Positions 47,781-57,456 of a DNA stretch of 57,456 nt are shown piece by piece. Position 1 is the first letter of the stretch; each line of letters begins with the position of its first letter. The notes beneath the pieces are model-generated. The model worked only from the letters and a program-made list of their open reading frames with translations, was not told where the DNA came from and ran no database searches. Where the stretch lies: NCBI GenBank assembly GCA_964022095.1, contig CAXHZO010000014.1:1-57456 (forward strand), written 5' to 3'. The position numbers and the translations under genes are program-made. Source of the DNA: an uncultured Arcobacteraceae bacterium. Its GTDB lineage: Bacteria; Campylobacterota; Campylobacteria; Campylobacterales; Arcobacteraceae.

Positions 47781-48809
47781 ATGGAAAGAGTAGTTGAAGT
47801 AGAACAAATATCTTTTGAAGAAGACAATAATGAAGTAAGTCTTAGGCCTTCATCTTGGGATGATTATATTGGCCAAGAAAAAATAAAAAAGAATCTAAAA
47901 GTATTTATTGAAGCTAGTAAAAAAAGAGCTGAGGCATTAGATCATATACTTTTTTATGGACCTCCAGGACTTGGGAAAACTACAATTTCCTATTTAATCT
48001 CAAATGAAATGAATACAAATATTAAAATTACAGCAGGGCCTATGATAGAAAAAAGTGGAGATTTAGCTGCAATTTTAACAAATCTTGAAGAGGGTGATAT
48101 TCTTTTTATTGATGAGATTCATAGACTTAGTGCTGCTGTTGAAGAGATACTATATCCTGCAATGGAAGATTATAGACTTGATATTATAATTGGTTCAGGA
48201 CCTGCTGCACAAACTGTAAAAATTGATTTACCAAGATTTACTCTAATTGGTGCTACAACAAGAGCTGGAATGTTATCAAACCCTTTAAGAGAGAGATTTG
48301 GTATGCACTTTAGAATGCAATTTTATGACCATGAAGAGTTAGCTCAAATTATAAAGATTGCTGGAAATAAACTTGAGAAAGAGTGTGATGATGATGCTGC
48401 ACTAGAAATTTCAAGAAGAAGTAGAGGAACTCCAAGGGTTGCACTAAGATTACTTAGAAGAGTTAGAGACTTTTCAGAAGTTGAAAATGAAAATACTATT
48501 AATATCAACAGATGTAAATATGCCTTAGATGAATTAGGGGTAAATGAAACTGGATTTGATGAAATGGATATTAGATTACTTGAACTTTTAGTTTCAAACA
48601 AAGGTAAGCCAATGGGACTTTCAACACTTGCTGCTGCACTTAGTGAAGATGAAGGTACAATTGAAGATGCAATTGAACCATACTTACTTGCAAATGGATA
48701 TATAGAAAGAACTGCAAGAGGAAGAGTTGCTAGTGTTAAAACATATGAAATGTTTAGACTCTCATATCCAGGAAGTGAAAAACTTGATGACCAAGGAGTC
48801 TTATTTTGA
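47781..48809 (+). CDS. ruvB: Holliday junction branch migration helicase RuvB
   Basis: [40 protein letters not shown]. Confidence 0.98.
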   Translation: MERVVEVEQISFEEDNNEVSLRPSSWDDYIGQEKIKKNLKVFIEASKKRAEALDHILFYGPPGLGKTTISYLISNEMNTNIKITAGPMIEKSGDLAAILTNLEEGDILFIDEIHRLSAAVEEILYPAMEDYRLDIIIGSGPAAQTVKIDLPRFTLIGATTRAGMLSNPLRERFGMHFRMQFYDHEELAQIIKIAGNKLEKECDDDAALEISRRSRGTPRVALRLLRRVRDFSEVENENTININRCKYALDELGVNETGFDEMDIRLLELLVSNKGKPMGLSTLAAALSEDEGTIEDAIEPYLLANGYIERTARGRVASVKTYEMFRLSYPGSEKLDDQGVLF

Positions 48810-49852
48810 AACCAATCTATTTTCTAATTTCTATTGCACTTGTGACAATTTATTTTATGGTAGAGTTATTTAGTCCATTTTTAAAACCTATGTTTGTAGC
48901 TTTACTGTTGACAATTGCCACAAGTTCATTAACAACATATTTAGAAAATAGATTTAAAACTAGAATCTTAGCAACAAGTGTAATGACTATTGGATTAACT
49001 GCACTGTTTTTTATTCCATTGCTTTATTGTATATTCTCTTTTGCAAACTTTTTCAATCATATTAATCAACAAGAATTAGTAAGTAGTTTAAATGCTGCAA
49101 AAATTTGGCTTATCACAATATCTGATGATTTTACATTTTTAAAAGATTTTGTTACACAAGCAGCATCAAAATTTGATGTAGGAAAAACCGTTCAAGATGT
49201 TTTATCTATTGGAGCATATTTAGGAAAAAATTCTGCAAAATTTATGATTGATATGATATTTATCTTAATATTCTTTTTCTTCTTTACACTATATTCAACT
49301 TCAATTGCAACATTTATTAAAGACTTACTACCTATAAATAAAGATGATTCTATTGTACTTTTTTATGATTCGTCAAATGTTATGACTGTAGTTTTATACT
49401 CTATTTTAGTAACTGCAATTTTTGAAGGATTCTTATTTGGTTTCTTTGCAAGTTTGTTTTATTATGATGGATTACTACTTGGAGTTTTATATGGATTTGC
49501 TTCATTAATTCCTGTGGTTGGAGGAGTTATAATGTGGCTTCCATTAGTAATTTATGAAGCAACAACTAACTCAATGACAAATGCAGTTATAATTGCACTT
49601 TATTCAATTATCGTAATATCTATTATTGCAGATACATTTATAAAACCAATAATTATAAAATATATCAATCAAAGAATAGTTAAAACACCAACTAGAGTAA
49701 ATGAACTTTTAATATTCTTTTCAATTGTAGCTGGACTTTCTACAATAGGTTTTTGGGGAATGATAATTGGACCTGCTATTGTGACATTCTTTATATCAAT
49801 TATGCATTTGCTAAAAAAGTATAGTGAAGGATTTAAAGAGAATGCATCCTAA
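48806..49852 (+). CDS. AI-2E family transporter
   Basis: Multi-TM protein, [18 protein letters not shown]; follows ruvB with a 4-bp overlap. Confidence 0.9.
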   Translation: MKPIYFLISIALVTIYFMVELFSPFLKPMFVALLLTIATSSLTTYLENRFKTRILATSVMTIGLTALFFIPLLYCIFSFANFFNHINQQELVSSLNAAKIWLITISDDFTFLKDFVTQAASKFDVGKTVQDVLSIGAYLGKNSAKFMIDMIFILIFFFFFTLYSTSIATFIKDLLPINKDDSIVLFYDSSNVMTVVLYSILVTAIFEGFLFGFFASLFYYDGLLLGVLYGFASLIPVVGGVIMWLPLVIYEATTNSMTNAVIIALYSIIVISIIADTFIKPIIIKYINQRIVKTPTRVNELLIFFSIVAGLSTIGFWGMIIGPAIVTFFISIMHLLKKYSEGFKENAS

Positions 49853-49862
49853 AAAGGATGCA
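49843..49862. terminator. Hairpin between convergent genes
   Basis: TGCATCCT-AAAA-AGGATGCA. Confidence 0.7.
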
Positions 49863-49869
49863 CATTTAA

Positions 49870-50616
49870 TTAGCTATCTCCACTTTCACATTCGCCACTA
49901 TATGATGAGATTCCATAATCTAAGTTTGATACAGATTTAAATCCTAAATCAATCATAATTCTTTGACAATAAGCACTTCGGCTACCACTTAAACAGTAAA
50001 CAACTACAGGAATATCTTTTTCATCATTTACTCTTTCAAGTGCTTGATAAAAAGATGTAGTAGGAATTAAATGATCTGTTCCTTTAATTCTTTGACCTAC
50101 CCATTCCATCCATTCTCTTGTATCTATAAGATTGAATTTTATTGTTCCTGATTTTCTTGCTTCTAAAAGTGACTCAAGTTCTGCTGCATTAACTTCTTGT
50201 TTTTCTAGTAACTCTAAACACTCCTGCTTTGTTAAACCACTATGTGTAGCAACTGCATCATGTAAATGTGTTTGCTTTGAAAGTTCATTAGCTTTTTCTT
50301 TTGTATTAAAAATTCCACAATGACAACTTCCTGTATTTGGTATTTCATTTGTTAAAGCAGGAGTACATGGACACATTCTATTTTCTGTGTTATTTTCTTG
50401 CTCACTTGGAGTTTGTCCAATAACCATAAAACATGGGCAGAATCTTTTTCCATAAATCATTTTATTTCTTGTTAAGCCCATTTGAATAGATTCATTAACT
50501 TCAGTATCTGGATTGTAAACTAAATCATGTTTTTCTAATACATTTTGTGTGAATTGTTTTGTTAGTTCAAGTTCCGTTTGAAACTCATCAGAGTTTGTAT
50601 CAATCTTTCTAATCAT
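49870..50616 (-). CDS. Ferredoxin-thioredoxin reductase catalytic domain fused to rhodanese
   Basis: YG.RFCPC...CPC...CHC FTR motif set; C-terminal LIDTRE...YCLSGSRS...GI rhodanese. Confidence 0.88.
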   Translation of the reverse strand: MIRKIDTNSDEFQTELELTKQFTQNVLEKHDLVYNPDTEVNESIQMGLTRNKMIYGKRFCPCFMVIGQTPSEQENNTENRMCPCTPALTNEIPNTGSCHCGIFNTKEKANELSKQTHLHDAVATHSGLTKQECLELLEKQEVNAAELESLLEARKSGTIKFNLIDTREWMEWVGQRIKGTDHLIPTTSFYQALERVNDEKDIPVVVYCLSGSRSAYCQRIMIDLGFKSVSNLDYGISSYSGECESGDS

Positions 50617-50675
50617 AATATTTCCTAATAATTTTGTAAGCGTAATACTATTATAAAAAATATTAATTTATGATA

Positions 50676-51080
50676 TTAAGAGCTTTCTACAAACTCTTCA
50701 AATATTTGAGATATATCATCCGTTGAAAAGGTATTGTCATCTTTTAATGAAAAGTCAATAAGCTTTTTACTTTTAATATCAGTTAGATTTCTAATATTTT
50801 TAAATCCCATTGCCCAGTCAGGGAAATATCTCTGATGTGCATCTTCTTCAACTAATTCAATTATATCTTTATGTCTAGGATCATCTTTTATTCTTGAATA
50901 CACAGATAAAACATCTGCTTTTGAACCTTCAAGACATTGTAAAAAAGTTCTTCCCTTTACTACAAGAAGTCCTGTAACATTTATTAATTCATTAGATTTT
51001 TTGGCATTGATTAATAATTTCTCAAGTTCAACACCTTCAAAATCTTTAGTAGCAGTACTCATATACATTATTCTATACAT
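50676..51080 (-). CDS. Standalone BLUF (FAD blue-light sensor) protein
   Basis: Y.S, N...VTGLL, FLQCLEG, DPRH, R.FPDWAM; conserved Tyr, Gln, Trp and Met all present. Confidence 0.93.
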   Translation of the reverse strand: MYRIMYMSTATKDFEGVELEKLLINAKKSNELINVTGLLVVKGRTFLQCLEGSKADVLSVYSRIKDDPRHKDIIELVEEDAHQRYFPDWAMGFKNIRNLTDIKSKKLIDFSLKDDNTFSTDDISQIFEEFVESS

Positions 51081-51159
51081 AATATATCACCTCTAAATTA
51101 TTATATCATATAAATCTTTTAAAAATAAGCTTTAATAAATTATTTTTTTCTTTATTGTT

Positions 51160-51828
51160 TCAAAAATAAACAGGATTATTTAAAGCTTTTGAAAGCTGTG
51201 TTAAGAATTTATCTCGGGAAACTGTCTTTGCACCTAAACTTTGTAAGTGTGAAGTTGGTATCTGACAATCTATGAAATTAAACCCTTGTTTTTTGAGTTT
51301 TTTAACAAGATAATATAATGCAACTTTAGATGCTTCACTTTTTTTTGCAAACATAGACTCACCACAAAAAATATCACCAATATTTAATCCATAACCACCA
51401 CCTACTAATTCTCCATTAAAATAGCTTTCAAAAGAGTGTGCAAAACCCATTTCATGAATTTTAGTATATGCCTCAATTACATCATTATTTATCCATGTCT
51501 TGTTTTGATTCTTTCTATTTACTTTTTGGCATTCAATCATTGTTTGAGTAAAATTTTTATCAAATTTAACTTCATAGATATCTTTATCAATTGCTTTTTT
51601 TAAACTTTTTGACACTTTAAAATCATCAAGCTCTAAAATTAATCTAGGATTTGGACTCCACCAAAGTATTGGATCATCTTCATTATACCAAGGGAAAATT
51701 CCATTTCTATATGCCGTAATTATTCTATTTGGATCTAAATCTCCACCATATGCTAAAATGCCTTCATCACACGCAAATCTTGGGTCAGGGAAAATATGAG
51801 AATATTTGTTTAAGGGAAATATATTCAA
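51160..51828 (-). CDS. aat: Leucyl/phenylalanyl-tRNA--protein transferase
   Basis: GGDL, AY..GIFPW, WWSPNPR, TWI, AHS.E, LVGG.YG, GESMF, ASKVA, IDCQ. Confidence 0.97.
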   Translation of the reverse strand: MNIFPLNKYSHIFPDPRFACDEGILAYGGDLDPNRIITAYRNGIFPWYNEDDPILWWSPNPRLILELDDFKVSKSLKKAIDKDIYEVKFDKNFTQTMIECQKVNRKNQNKTWINNDVIEAYTKIHEMGFAHSFESYFNGELVGGGYGLNIGDIFCGESMFAKKSEASKVALYYLVKKLKKQGFNFIDCQIPTSHLQSLGAKTVSRDKFLTQLSKALNNPVYF

Positions 51829-51868
51829 AATAAACCTTATAGATTTTATTTTGATTATATCGAAGATT

Positions 51869-51897
51869 TATAAAAAGAGGAAAAACCTCTTTTTATA
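51869..51897 (-). terminator. Intrinsic terminator after the cytochrome c gene
   Basis: TATAAAAAGAGG-AAAAA-CCTCTTTTTATA; reads as a hairpin with T tract on either strand. Confidence 0.8.
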
Positions 51898-51904
51898 TTT
51901 TATA

Positions 51905-52711
51905 TTATAAGTTAGAAATAAAAGTAGCTAATGCTTCAATTTCAGCATCTGATTTAGTAGATACTTGACCTAACATGATACCTTTCATAGCACCACCATA
52001 AGATCCATCTTTATAACCATTTAATGAATCAATAACTTTTTGTTTGTCCCAACCTGCAATAACTTGAGATTTTCCTAAAGCTTTCATTTCACCTTTTTGA
52101 CCATGACAAGCAGCACATGCTTTAAATAAAGCCTCACCATTTGCACTTGGAGTTTCTGTTGCTGCAACAACTGCTGCGGCTGCAGATTCTTTAACTTCTT
52201 CTACTTTTTTCGTAGTTTCTTCAGCTACTTCTTTAGCCTCTTCTTTAACAGCTTCAGTAGATGCTTCTACTTCTTCTTTAGTTTCAGTTGCACTTGCAGC
52301 TACTGCACTTGTAACTTCATTTGCTTTTTCAGTTGTTGAATCTACTACTTTAGATACAGCCTCTTTTGTAGCTTCTTTAACTTCTTCAACTTTTTGTGAA
52401 GCTACATCTTTAGCATTAGCAGCAACATTTTCAACTGTTGCATTACCACTTGCAACTGCTTCTTTTGTTGAATCAACTACTTTATTAGTTGTTTCTTTAA
52501 CAGCATCTGATGTTTTTTCGACAACATCATTTGTAGCTTCAGATACTGTATTTTTAACATCTGTCGCAGCTTCTGTAACAGTATTTTTAACACTATCTAA
52601 AACAGAAGTCTCTTTTACAGCTTCTGTTGCTTCACTTGTAGCTTTTTTGTCTTCACCACAACCAGTTAATAATAATACTGCAACTGCAGAACTTACTAAA
52701 ATTTTTTTCAT
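51905..52711 (-). CDS. Lipoprotein cytochrome c (c553-like) with a long low-complexity linker
   Basis: Lipobox LLLTGC; A/E/K/T/V-rich linker; CAACH heme motif; YGGAMKGIM Met-ligand region. Confidence 0.9.
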   Translation of the reverse strand: MKKILVSSAVAVLLLTGCGEDKKATSEATEAVKETSVLDSVKNTVTEAATDVKNTVSEATNDVVEKTSDAVKETTNKVVDSTKEAVASGNATVENVAANAKDVASQKVEEVKEATKEAVSKVVDSTTEKANEVTSAVAASATETKEEVEASTEAVKEEAKEVAEETTKKVEEVKESAAAAVVAATETPSANGEALFKACAACHGQKGEMKALGKSQVIAGWDKQKVIDSLNGYKDGSYGGAMKGIMLGQVSTKSDAEIEALATFISNL

Positions 52712-52806
52712 ATACTATATCCTTTATTGAAAAATAATCATGAATTTTACTTTTTTCTTACTTAAGATACCTAATGGTATGTAAAATTCGTATATTAATT
52801 GTGTTT

Positions 52807-55029
52807 TTATGCATCATAAGTAAACACAAAATCCTCATTGTAATCTATTTGCACAATTCCACCTTTTTTTAGTTTACCAAATAAAATCTCATCTGTTAGT
52901 ACATTTTTAATCTTATCTGAAATAACTCTATTAAGAGGTCTTGCTCCCATAGCTTTATCATATCCAAGTTCTGCAAGTGCTTTTTTAGCTTTTGCAGAAA
53001 TTTTGATTTGAATCTTTTTATCACTTAATTGCTCTTCTAAATCTGCAATAAACTTACCTGCAACTTTAGAAACTACATCAATACTTAACGATCCAAAGGG
53101 AACAACAGCATCAAGTCTATTTCTAAATTCAGGTGCGAAGAACTTATTAATTGCTTTATTTTCATTTAATCCATCATCTTTAGCGAACCCCATAACATTT
53201 GCCTCAGTTGCCCCTAAATTTGAAGTCATAATTAAAATTACATTTTGGAAATCTGCTTTATTACCACTATTATCAGTTAGTTCTGCATTATCCATAACTT
53301 GTAAAAGAACAGACATTAAATCAGGATGAGCTTTTTCAATTTCATCAAGTAATAATACTGTATGAGGATGTTTTCTAATTGCTTCTGTTAATAAGCCACC
53401 TTGTTCAAATCCAACATATCCAGCAGGTGCTCCAATAAGTCTTGAAATTGTATGAGCTTCCATGTATTCACTCATATCAAATCTTTCAAAATGAACTCCT
53501 AATTGAGTCGAAAGCTCTTTTGCAACTTCAGTTTTACCAACACCAGTAGGTCCAGTGAATAAGAAACTTCCAATTGGCTTTTTATCAAGTCCAAGTCCTG
53601 CTTTATTTCTTTTGATTGATTGCACAATACTTGTAATAGCAGAATCTTGACCAAATACTCTTTTTTGCATACTTTTTTCTAAGTTTTTAAGTAAAGTAAT
53701 ATCTGATTTTGTTGCACTTTTTGCTGGTATATGTGCCATTTTAGCAACTGTATTTTCAATATCTTGTTGAGTTATTGTGATATTTTTTGCTGTTTTTGTT
53801 TTAAGTTGCGTTGATAAACTAATCTTTTTAGCTGCTCCTACCTCATCAATAACATCAATTGCACAATCAGGTAAAAATCTATCTGTGATATATTTTTTAC
53901 TTAATTCAACTGCAGTTTCAATTGATTTTTTAGAATATTTAACTCCATGATACTCTTCATATTTTGATTTTAAACCTTCTAAAATTAAAACACTATCTTC
54001 TATTGATGGTTCATTTACATCAACCTTTGCAAATCTTCTGCTAAGTGCTTTATCTTTTGAAAAATCATTTCTAAACTCTGCAAAAGTAGTTGCCCCTATA
54101 CATCTAAGCTTTCCATTTGCTAGCATTGGTTTTAAAATATTTGAAGCATCCATAGCACTACCACCAACACTTCCTGCACCTACTATTGTATGTATTTCAT
54201 CAATAAATAGTATTGAATTAGGAATTTTGGCAACTTCTTTTAAAAGAGTTTTTAATTTTTTCTCAAAATCTCCTCTATATTTAGTTCCTGCAACCATAGA
54301 ACCCATATCAAGTGAAAATACTTTTGCTTTAAATAAAAACTCTGGAACATTTTCATTTGCTATTTCTAGTGCTAATCCTTCTGCAATTGCAGTTTTACCA
54401 ACACCTGGTTCACCTACTAAAATAGGATTATTTTTCTTTCTTCTTGAAAGTATTTCAATAACTCTGCTTATTTCAGTTTCTCTTCCAATAACAGGATCAA
54501 TATCTCCTTTTTTAGCAACAGAAACTAACTCTGTAGAGTTTTTATCTAATACTTTGTTTGAATCATCATTTGGATTTTCAATTGAAAAGCCTTCATCTTC
54601 TTCTTTATCTTTATGCGATATCTCTTCTAATATATCAACTCTTTGAATACCTAATTTATTTAGCATGTAAGCCGCATATGATTTTTCATCTTTTAATATA
54701 GCTACAAACATATCTTCTACATTTGCATTTGCTCTTCCACTTGTTTGAGTATGTGCTACCATATATTCAATAGTTGAAGTTAATGAAACTGTCTCAACTG
54801 GCTCATCTTCTATATTTGCAGGTAGTTTTGGAGTATTTTCATCTATATAATTTTTAATTTCATCAAATAACTTATTAGTATCTACCCCTAAATCTACAAA
54901 AAGATTTTCTATTGTTTGGTCATGTAGTAGCATTAAAAAAATATGTTCTAATGTTAAATATTCATGCTTACTACTTTTTGCATAGCTTACAGCTTGTGCA
55001 AAAATATTTCTTAATTCTTTACTAATCAT
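52807..55029 (-). CDS. clpA: ATP-dependent Clp protease ATP-binding subunit ClpA
   Basis: Two AAA modules (GEPGVGKT, GPTGVGKT), no long M-domain, MGF ClpP-docking loop; follows clpS. Confidence 0.96.
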   Translation of the reverse strand: MISKELRNIFAQAVSYAKSSKHEYLTLEHIFLMLLHDQTIENLFVDLGVDTNKLFDEIKNYIDENTPKLPANIEDEPVETVSLTSTIEYMVAHTQTSGRANANVEDMFVAILKDEKSYAAYMLNKLGIQRVDILEEISHKDKEEDEGFSIENPNDDSNKVLDKNSTELVSVAKKGDIDPVIGRETEISRVIEILSRRKKNNPILVGEPGVGKTAIAEGLALEIANENVPEFLFKAKVFSLDMGSMVAGTKYRGDFEKKLKTLLKEVAKIPNSILFIDEIHTIVGAGSVGGSAMDASNILKPMLANGKLRCIGATTFAEFRNDFSKDKALSRRFAKVDVNEPSIEDSVLILEGLKSKYEEYHGVKYSKKSIETAVELSKKYITDRFLPDCAIDVIDEVGAAKKISLSTQLKTKTAKNITITQQDIENTVAKMAHIPAKSATKSDITLLKNLEKSMQKRVFGQDSAITSIVQSIKRNKAGLGLDKKPIGSFLFTGPTGVGKTEVAKELSTQLGVHFERFDMSEYMEAHTISRLIGAPAGYVGFEQGGLLTEAIRKHPHTVLLLDEIEKAHPDLMSVLLQVMDNAELTDNSGNKADFQNVILIMTSNLGATEANVMGFAKDDGLNENKAINKFFAPEFRNRLDAVVPFGSLSIDVVSKVAGKFIADLEEQLSDKKIQIKISAKAKKALAELGYDKAMGARPLNRVISDKIKNVLTDEILFGKLKKGGIVQIDYNEDFVFTYDA

Positions 55030-55033
55030 TTTT

Positions 55034-55333
55034 CTACTCTTCTTCCATAATGGCTTTTAAAGGAAATCCCTTTTCCCTTGCCATTGATTTTACTTGAGCA
55101 ACTTTTGTTGCTGCAATCTCATAAGTATAAACACCACATATCTCTTTGCCATTATTATGAATATTCATCATAATCTGTGCTGATTCATCAACACTTTTTC
55201 TAAATACTTTAACTAATACATCTATTACAAAATCCATTGTTGAATAATCATCATTAAGTAAAAAAACATTATATTTTTTAGGCTCTTGTAATTCTATATC
55301 ATCATTTAACTCTATCTCTATTTCGTTACTCAC
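55034..55333 (-). CDS. clpS: ClpA adaptor ClpS
   Basis: Y.V.LLNDDYSTMDFV, IH..G, FPL. Confidence 0.97.
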   Translation of the reverse strand: MSNEIEIELNDDIELQEPKKYNVFLLNDDYSTMDFVIDVLVKVFRKSVDESAQIMMNIHNNGKEICGVYTYEIAATKVAQVKSMAREKGFPLKAIMEEE

Positions 55334-55403
55334 ATCAAACCTTTATTATGATAAAATATTATTAAATTTAAAACACTGTATATTATAACAAAAAAGAGAT
55401 TAT

Positions 55404-56036
55404 ATGAAAAAAGATAAAAGCTACTATTTAAACAAGTCTTTCTTTGTAAGCGCAACAAATACTGATGTTGGCAAAACATACGCATGTGAAAAGTTTCTTA
55501 AGTTTTTCCATTCATTAGGATTAAAGGTAGGATACTTTAAACCTTGTGAAACAGGAGTTATTGATTTGCCAATAGATGGCTCTAAAATGTTAAAACTAAC
55601 AAAAGAACTTAACCCAACATTTGATTTTGAACTTAAAGACATTGTTCCATACCAATTTAAACTTCCAGCTGCACCTTATGTATCAAAAGGTGATACAAAA
55701 ATAGATATTGATTTTTTAAAAAAACAAATAACACTATTAAAGAGTAAATGTGATGTACTTATTATAGAAGGTGCAGGAGGATTAATGGTTCCTATTGAAA
55801 AAGATCTATTTATTATTGATTTAATAAAAGAGTTTAATTCTAAAGCTATTTTAATCACTCCTTCAAAACTTGGATGTATAAATGACACTTTACTTTCAAT
55901 TGAAGCTTTAAAAAACAGAAATATTGATTTTGAGTTTTTTATTAATTTGTATGAAGACAAAGATTCTTTTAATGACGTTTCAAAACCATTTTTAAAAGAA
56001 TACTTTGGAAAGCTGAATTTTTTAAATGAATTATAA
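55404..56036 (+). CDS. bioD: Dethiobiotin synthase
   Basis: TNTDVGKT, KP.ETG, PAAP, EGAGG, LGCIN. Confidence 0.95.
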   Translation: MKKDKSYYLNKSFFVSATNTDVGKTYACEKFLKFFHSLGLKVGYFKPCETGVIDLPIDGSKMLKLTKELNPTFDFELKDIVPYQFKLPAAPYVSKGDTKIDIDFLKKQITLLKSKCDVLIIEGAGGLMVPIEKDLFIIDLIKEFNSKAILITPSKLGCINDTLLSIEALKNRNIDFEFFINLYEDKDSFNDVSKPFLKEYFGKLNFLNEL

Positions 56037-56376
56037 AAAGAGTTTTTATTTGCTTTTATTTCCATTCAATACTAAAATACTTGCATCTAAAATATTCATT
56101 TTTTAACTAATATTTTTCTCAGTCAATTTTTTATTTTTTTTAAAAATTTGTGAAAATTTGGAAATTTGTCAATTTTTTTCTAAATTTACCACTTCTTAAA
56201 ACCTGAATTTTACTAGTTTTTTAGTGCTATTTAGGCTTTTTTTACACTTCATTTAAGTTTTCTTTCCCTTAAAAACAATAGCTAGAGCTATCTTTTTGAT
56301 TTTAAACTTAAATTATTTTGCTATTTTTTTAGCTATAAAAACAATTCATATTAAATGCTGTATAACTTTCACAATG

Positions 56377-56406
56377 ATTTTCAACTTTGTTCACAAACTT
56401 GAAAAT
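56377..56406. promoter_or_regulatory. Long imperfect palindrome, candidate operator
   Basis: ATTTTCAA-C-TTTGT-TC-ACAAA-C-TTGAAAAT, ending 50 bp before the next ATG. Confidence 0.55.
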
Positions 56407-56455
56407 TTTATGTAAAATATAATATTACAAAATCAAAAAAAGAAAGGTAGATAAA

Positions 56456-57456
56456 ATGACTTCTGCAATAGATTTATCTAAATTAACGGCAAATGATGAT
56501 TTGACACCAGTACTAGGTGGTTATTGGCCAGGTATTCAAATCTACTACCCACCAATCAAATTTAACCCATTAGATGGTTCGTATGAGAGTATGGAACAAG
56601 CAAAGCTTAGATTACAAAAGCATGCTTATAAAACAAAAGCACATACTGTTTTATTTGACTTAGAGGACGGTTGTAGACAAAAAGCTATGTCAAGAGAGCT
56701 TTTAATTCAAGAGTTACCAAAGTTTCCAGAAAGAAACTTCCAAATAGCTGTAAGAATTAACCCATTTAGAACTGATGAGTATGAAGAAGATCTAAAAATG
56801 TTAAAACAAATTCACAAATACATTGATGTAATTGTTTTAGCTAAAGCTGGAGAAGTTTATGGATCTGCTGAAATCAGAGATTTATCTTCTTGGTTAGTTT
56901 CAATTGGTAGTGATTTAACAATCCAACCAATTATTGAGCATCCAAAATCACTTCAGATTGCTGATAGATTAATGGATCACTCAACTGTTAAACATATTGT
57001 TTTTGGTATTCATGATTTTTCTAAAGCAATGGCATATAAAATCACTCCTAAAGGTTGGATTGATGAATTAGAGACTTTCTTTAATATGTTAACTATGGAA
57101 GCAAGAGTTAAAGGTACAGGAGTTATTGGTGGAGTTGAAGTTATGTTAACACCACACTCATTACCAGATTCTTGTGTTGAGAAAAAAGATATTAGAAGAT
57201 GGTTAGACTTACATGGTGATGAAGCTTCAAGAGCTGTTTATTCTCACGCACAAAGAGAATATGCAATGGGATTAACTGGTAAACAAGTTATTACTCCTAA
57301 TCATATTAATGTATGTAAAGTTGCATTTACTCCATCTCCAAATGAGATTGCAAAAGATGTTGCTATTTTAAAAGAAGCAATTAAAACTGATGCATTATTA
57401 TCTGGTGCAATTAGATATGAAGGTGAAATGTTAGATCCACCAATGTTTGGTAAATC
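56456..57456 (+). CDS. HpcH/HpaI aldolase/citrate lyase (CitE, malyl-CoA lyase-like) family protein; runs off window edge
   Basis: Hand translation from ATG 56456 (AAAGG RBS): MTSAIDLSKL...FDLEDG...VRINP...IIEHP...FGIHDF...GKQVITP...GEMLDPP, open to the end of the window. Confidence 0.85.
   Translation, partial: MTSAIDLSKLTANDDLTPVLGGYWPGIQIYYPPIKFNPLDGSYESMEQAKLRLQKHAYKTKAHTVLFDLEDGCRQKAMSRELLIQELPKFPERNFQIAVRINPFRTDEYEEDLKMLKQIHKYIDVIVLAKAGEVYGSAEIRDLSSWLVSIGSDLTIQPIIEHPKSLQIADRLMDHSTVKHIVFGIHDFSKAMAYKITPKGWIDELETFFNMLTMEARVKGTGVIGGVEVMLTPHSLPDSCVEKKDIRRWLDLHGDEASRAVYSHAQREYAMGLTGKQVITPNHINVCKVAFTPSPNEIAKDVAILKEAIKTDALLSGAIRYEGEMLDPPMFGK

Noticed and set aside
51739-51748. ATCTCCACCA matching the tmRNA 3' end (possible attR)
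   Set aside because: Only 10 bp, inside the aat coding sequence (GGD codons), with core genes in between; chance match.
1987-56065. Short antisense ORFs in the track (e.g. 1987-2256, 3397-3994, 6215-6406, 6935-7219, 7694-7942, 9540-10475, 11009-11275, 13103-13363, 18917-19120, 22969-23630, 27043-27632, 29365-29577, 31768-32688, 37411-38219, 44340-44546, 46865-47533, 48344-48601, 50132-50323, 54227-54646, 55424-56065)
   Set aside because: They lie opposite well-supported genes and have no recognisable motifs; typical shadow ORFs.

Overview
AT-rich chromosomal window from a Campylobacterota bacterium, most likely Arcobacteraceae. This is inferred from the tmRNA tag ANNTNYAPAYAKAA, gene content and gene order; a marine or saline lifestyle is suggested by compatible-solute genes. 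The backbone is housekeeping: tig-clpP, ssrA, proA, fur/feoAB/flavodoxin, trpA, panB-ruvB, clpS-clpA-aat and bioD. Five accessory or unusual modules stand out. (1) A polyamine/rubredoxin/polyphosphate run ends in a PPK2 whose N-terminus resembles a tyrosine-integrase arm-type DNA-binding domain. (2) A variant Pel exopolysaccharide cluster lies just downstream of tmRNA: deacetylase-only PelA, pelB, D, E, F, G, no pelC, and a GH135/spherulin-4 hydrolase. (3) A Fur-boxed operon opens with an unannotated 20-aa peptide ending in Cys-Thr-Cys. (4) An 8-gene operon joins glucosylglycerate synthesis and phosphorolysis to the Entner-Doudoroff pathway, with no glucose transporter or glucokinase. (5) A standalone BLUF photoreceptor sits next to an FTR-catalytic/rhodanese fusion. 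Several ORFs missing from the supplied track were read by hand: a rubredoxin, 20-aa and 37-aa micro-ORFs, and partial clpP and CitE-family genes at the window edges. No CRISPR array, rRNA, tRNA, transposase or integrase was seen. All protein calls come from motif recognition, not database searches.
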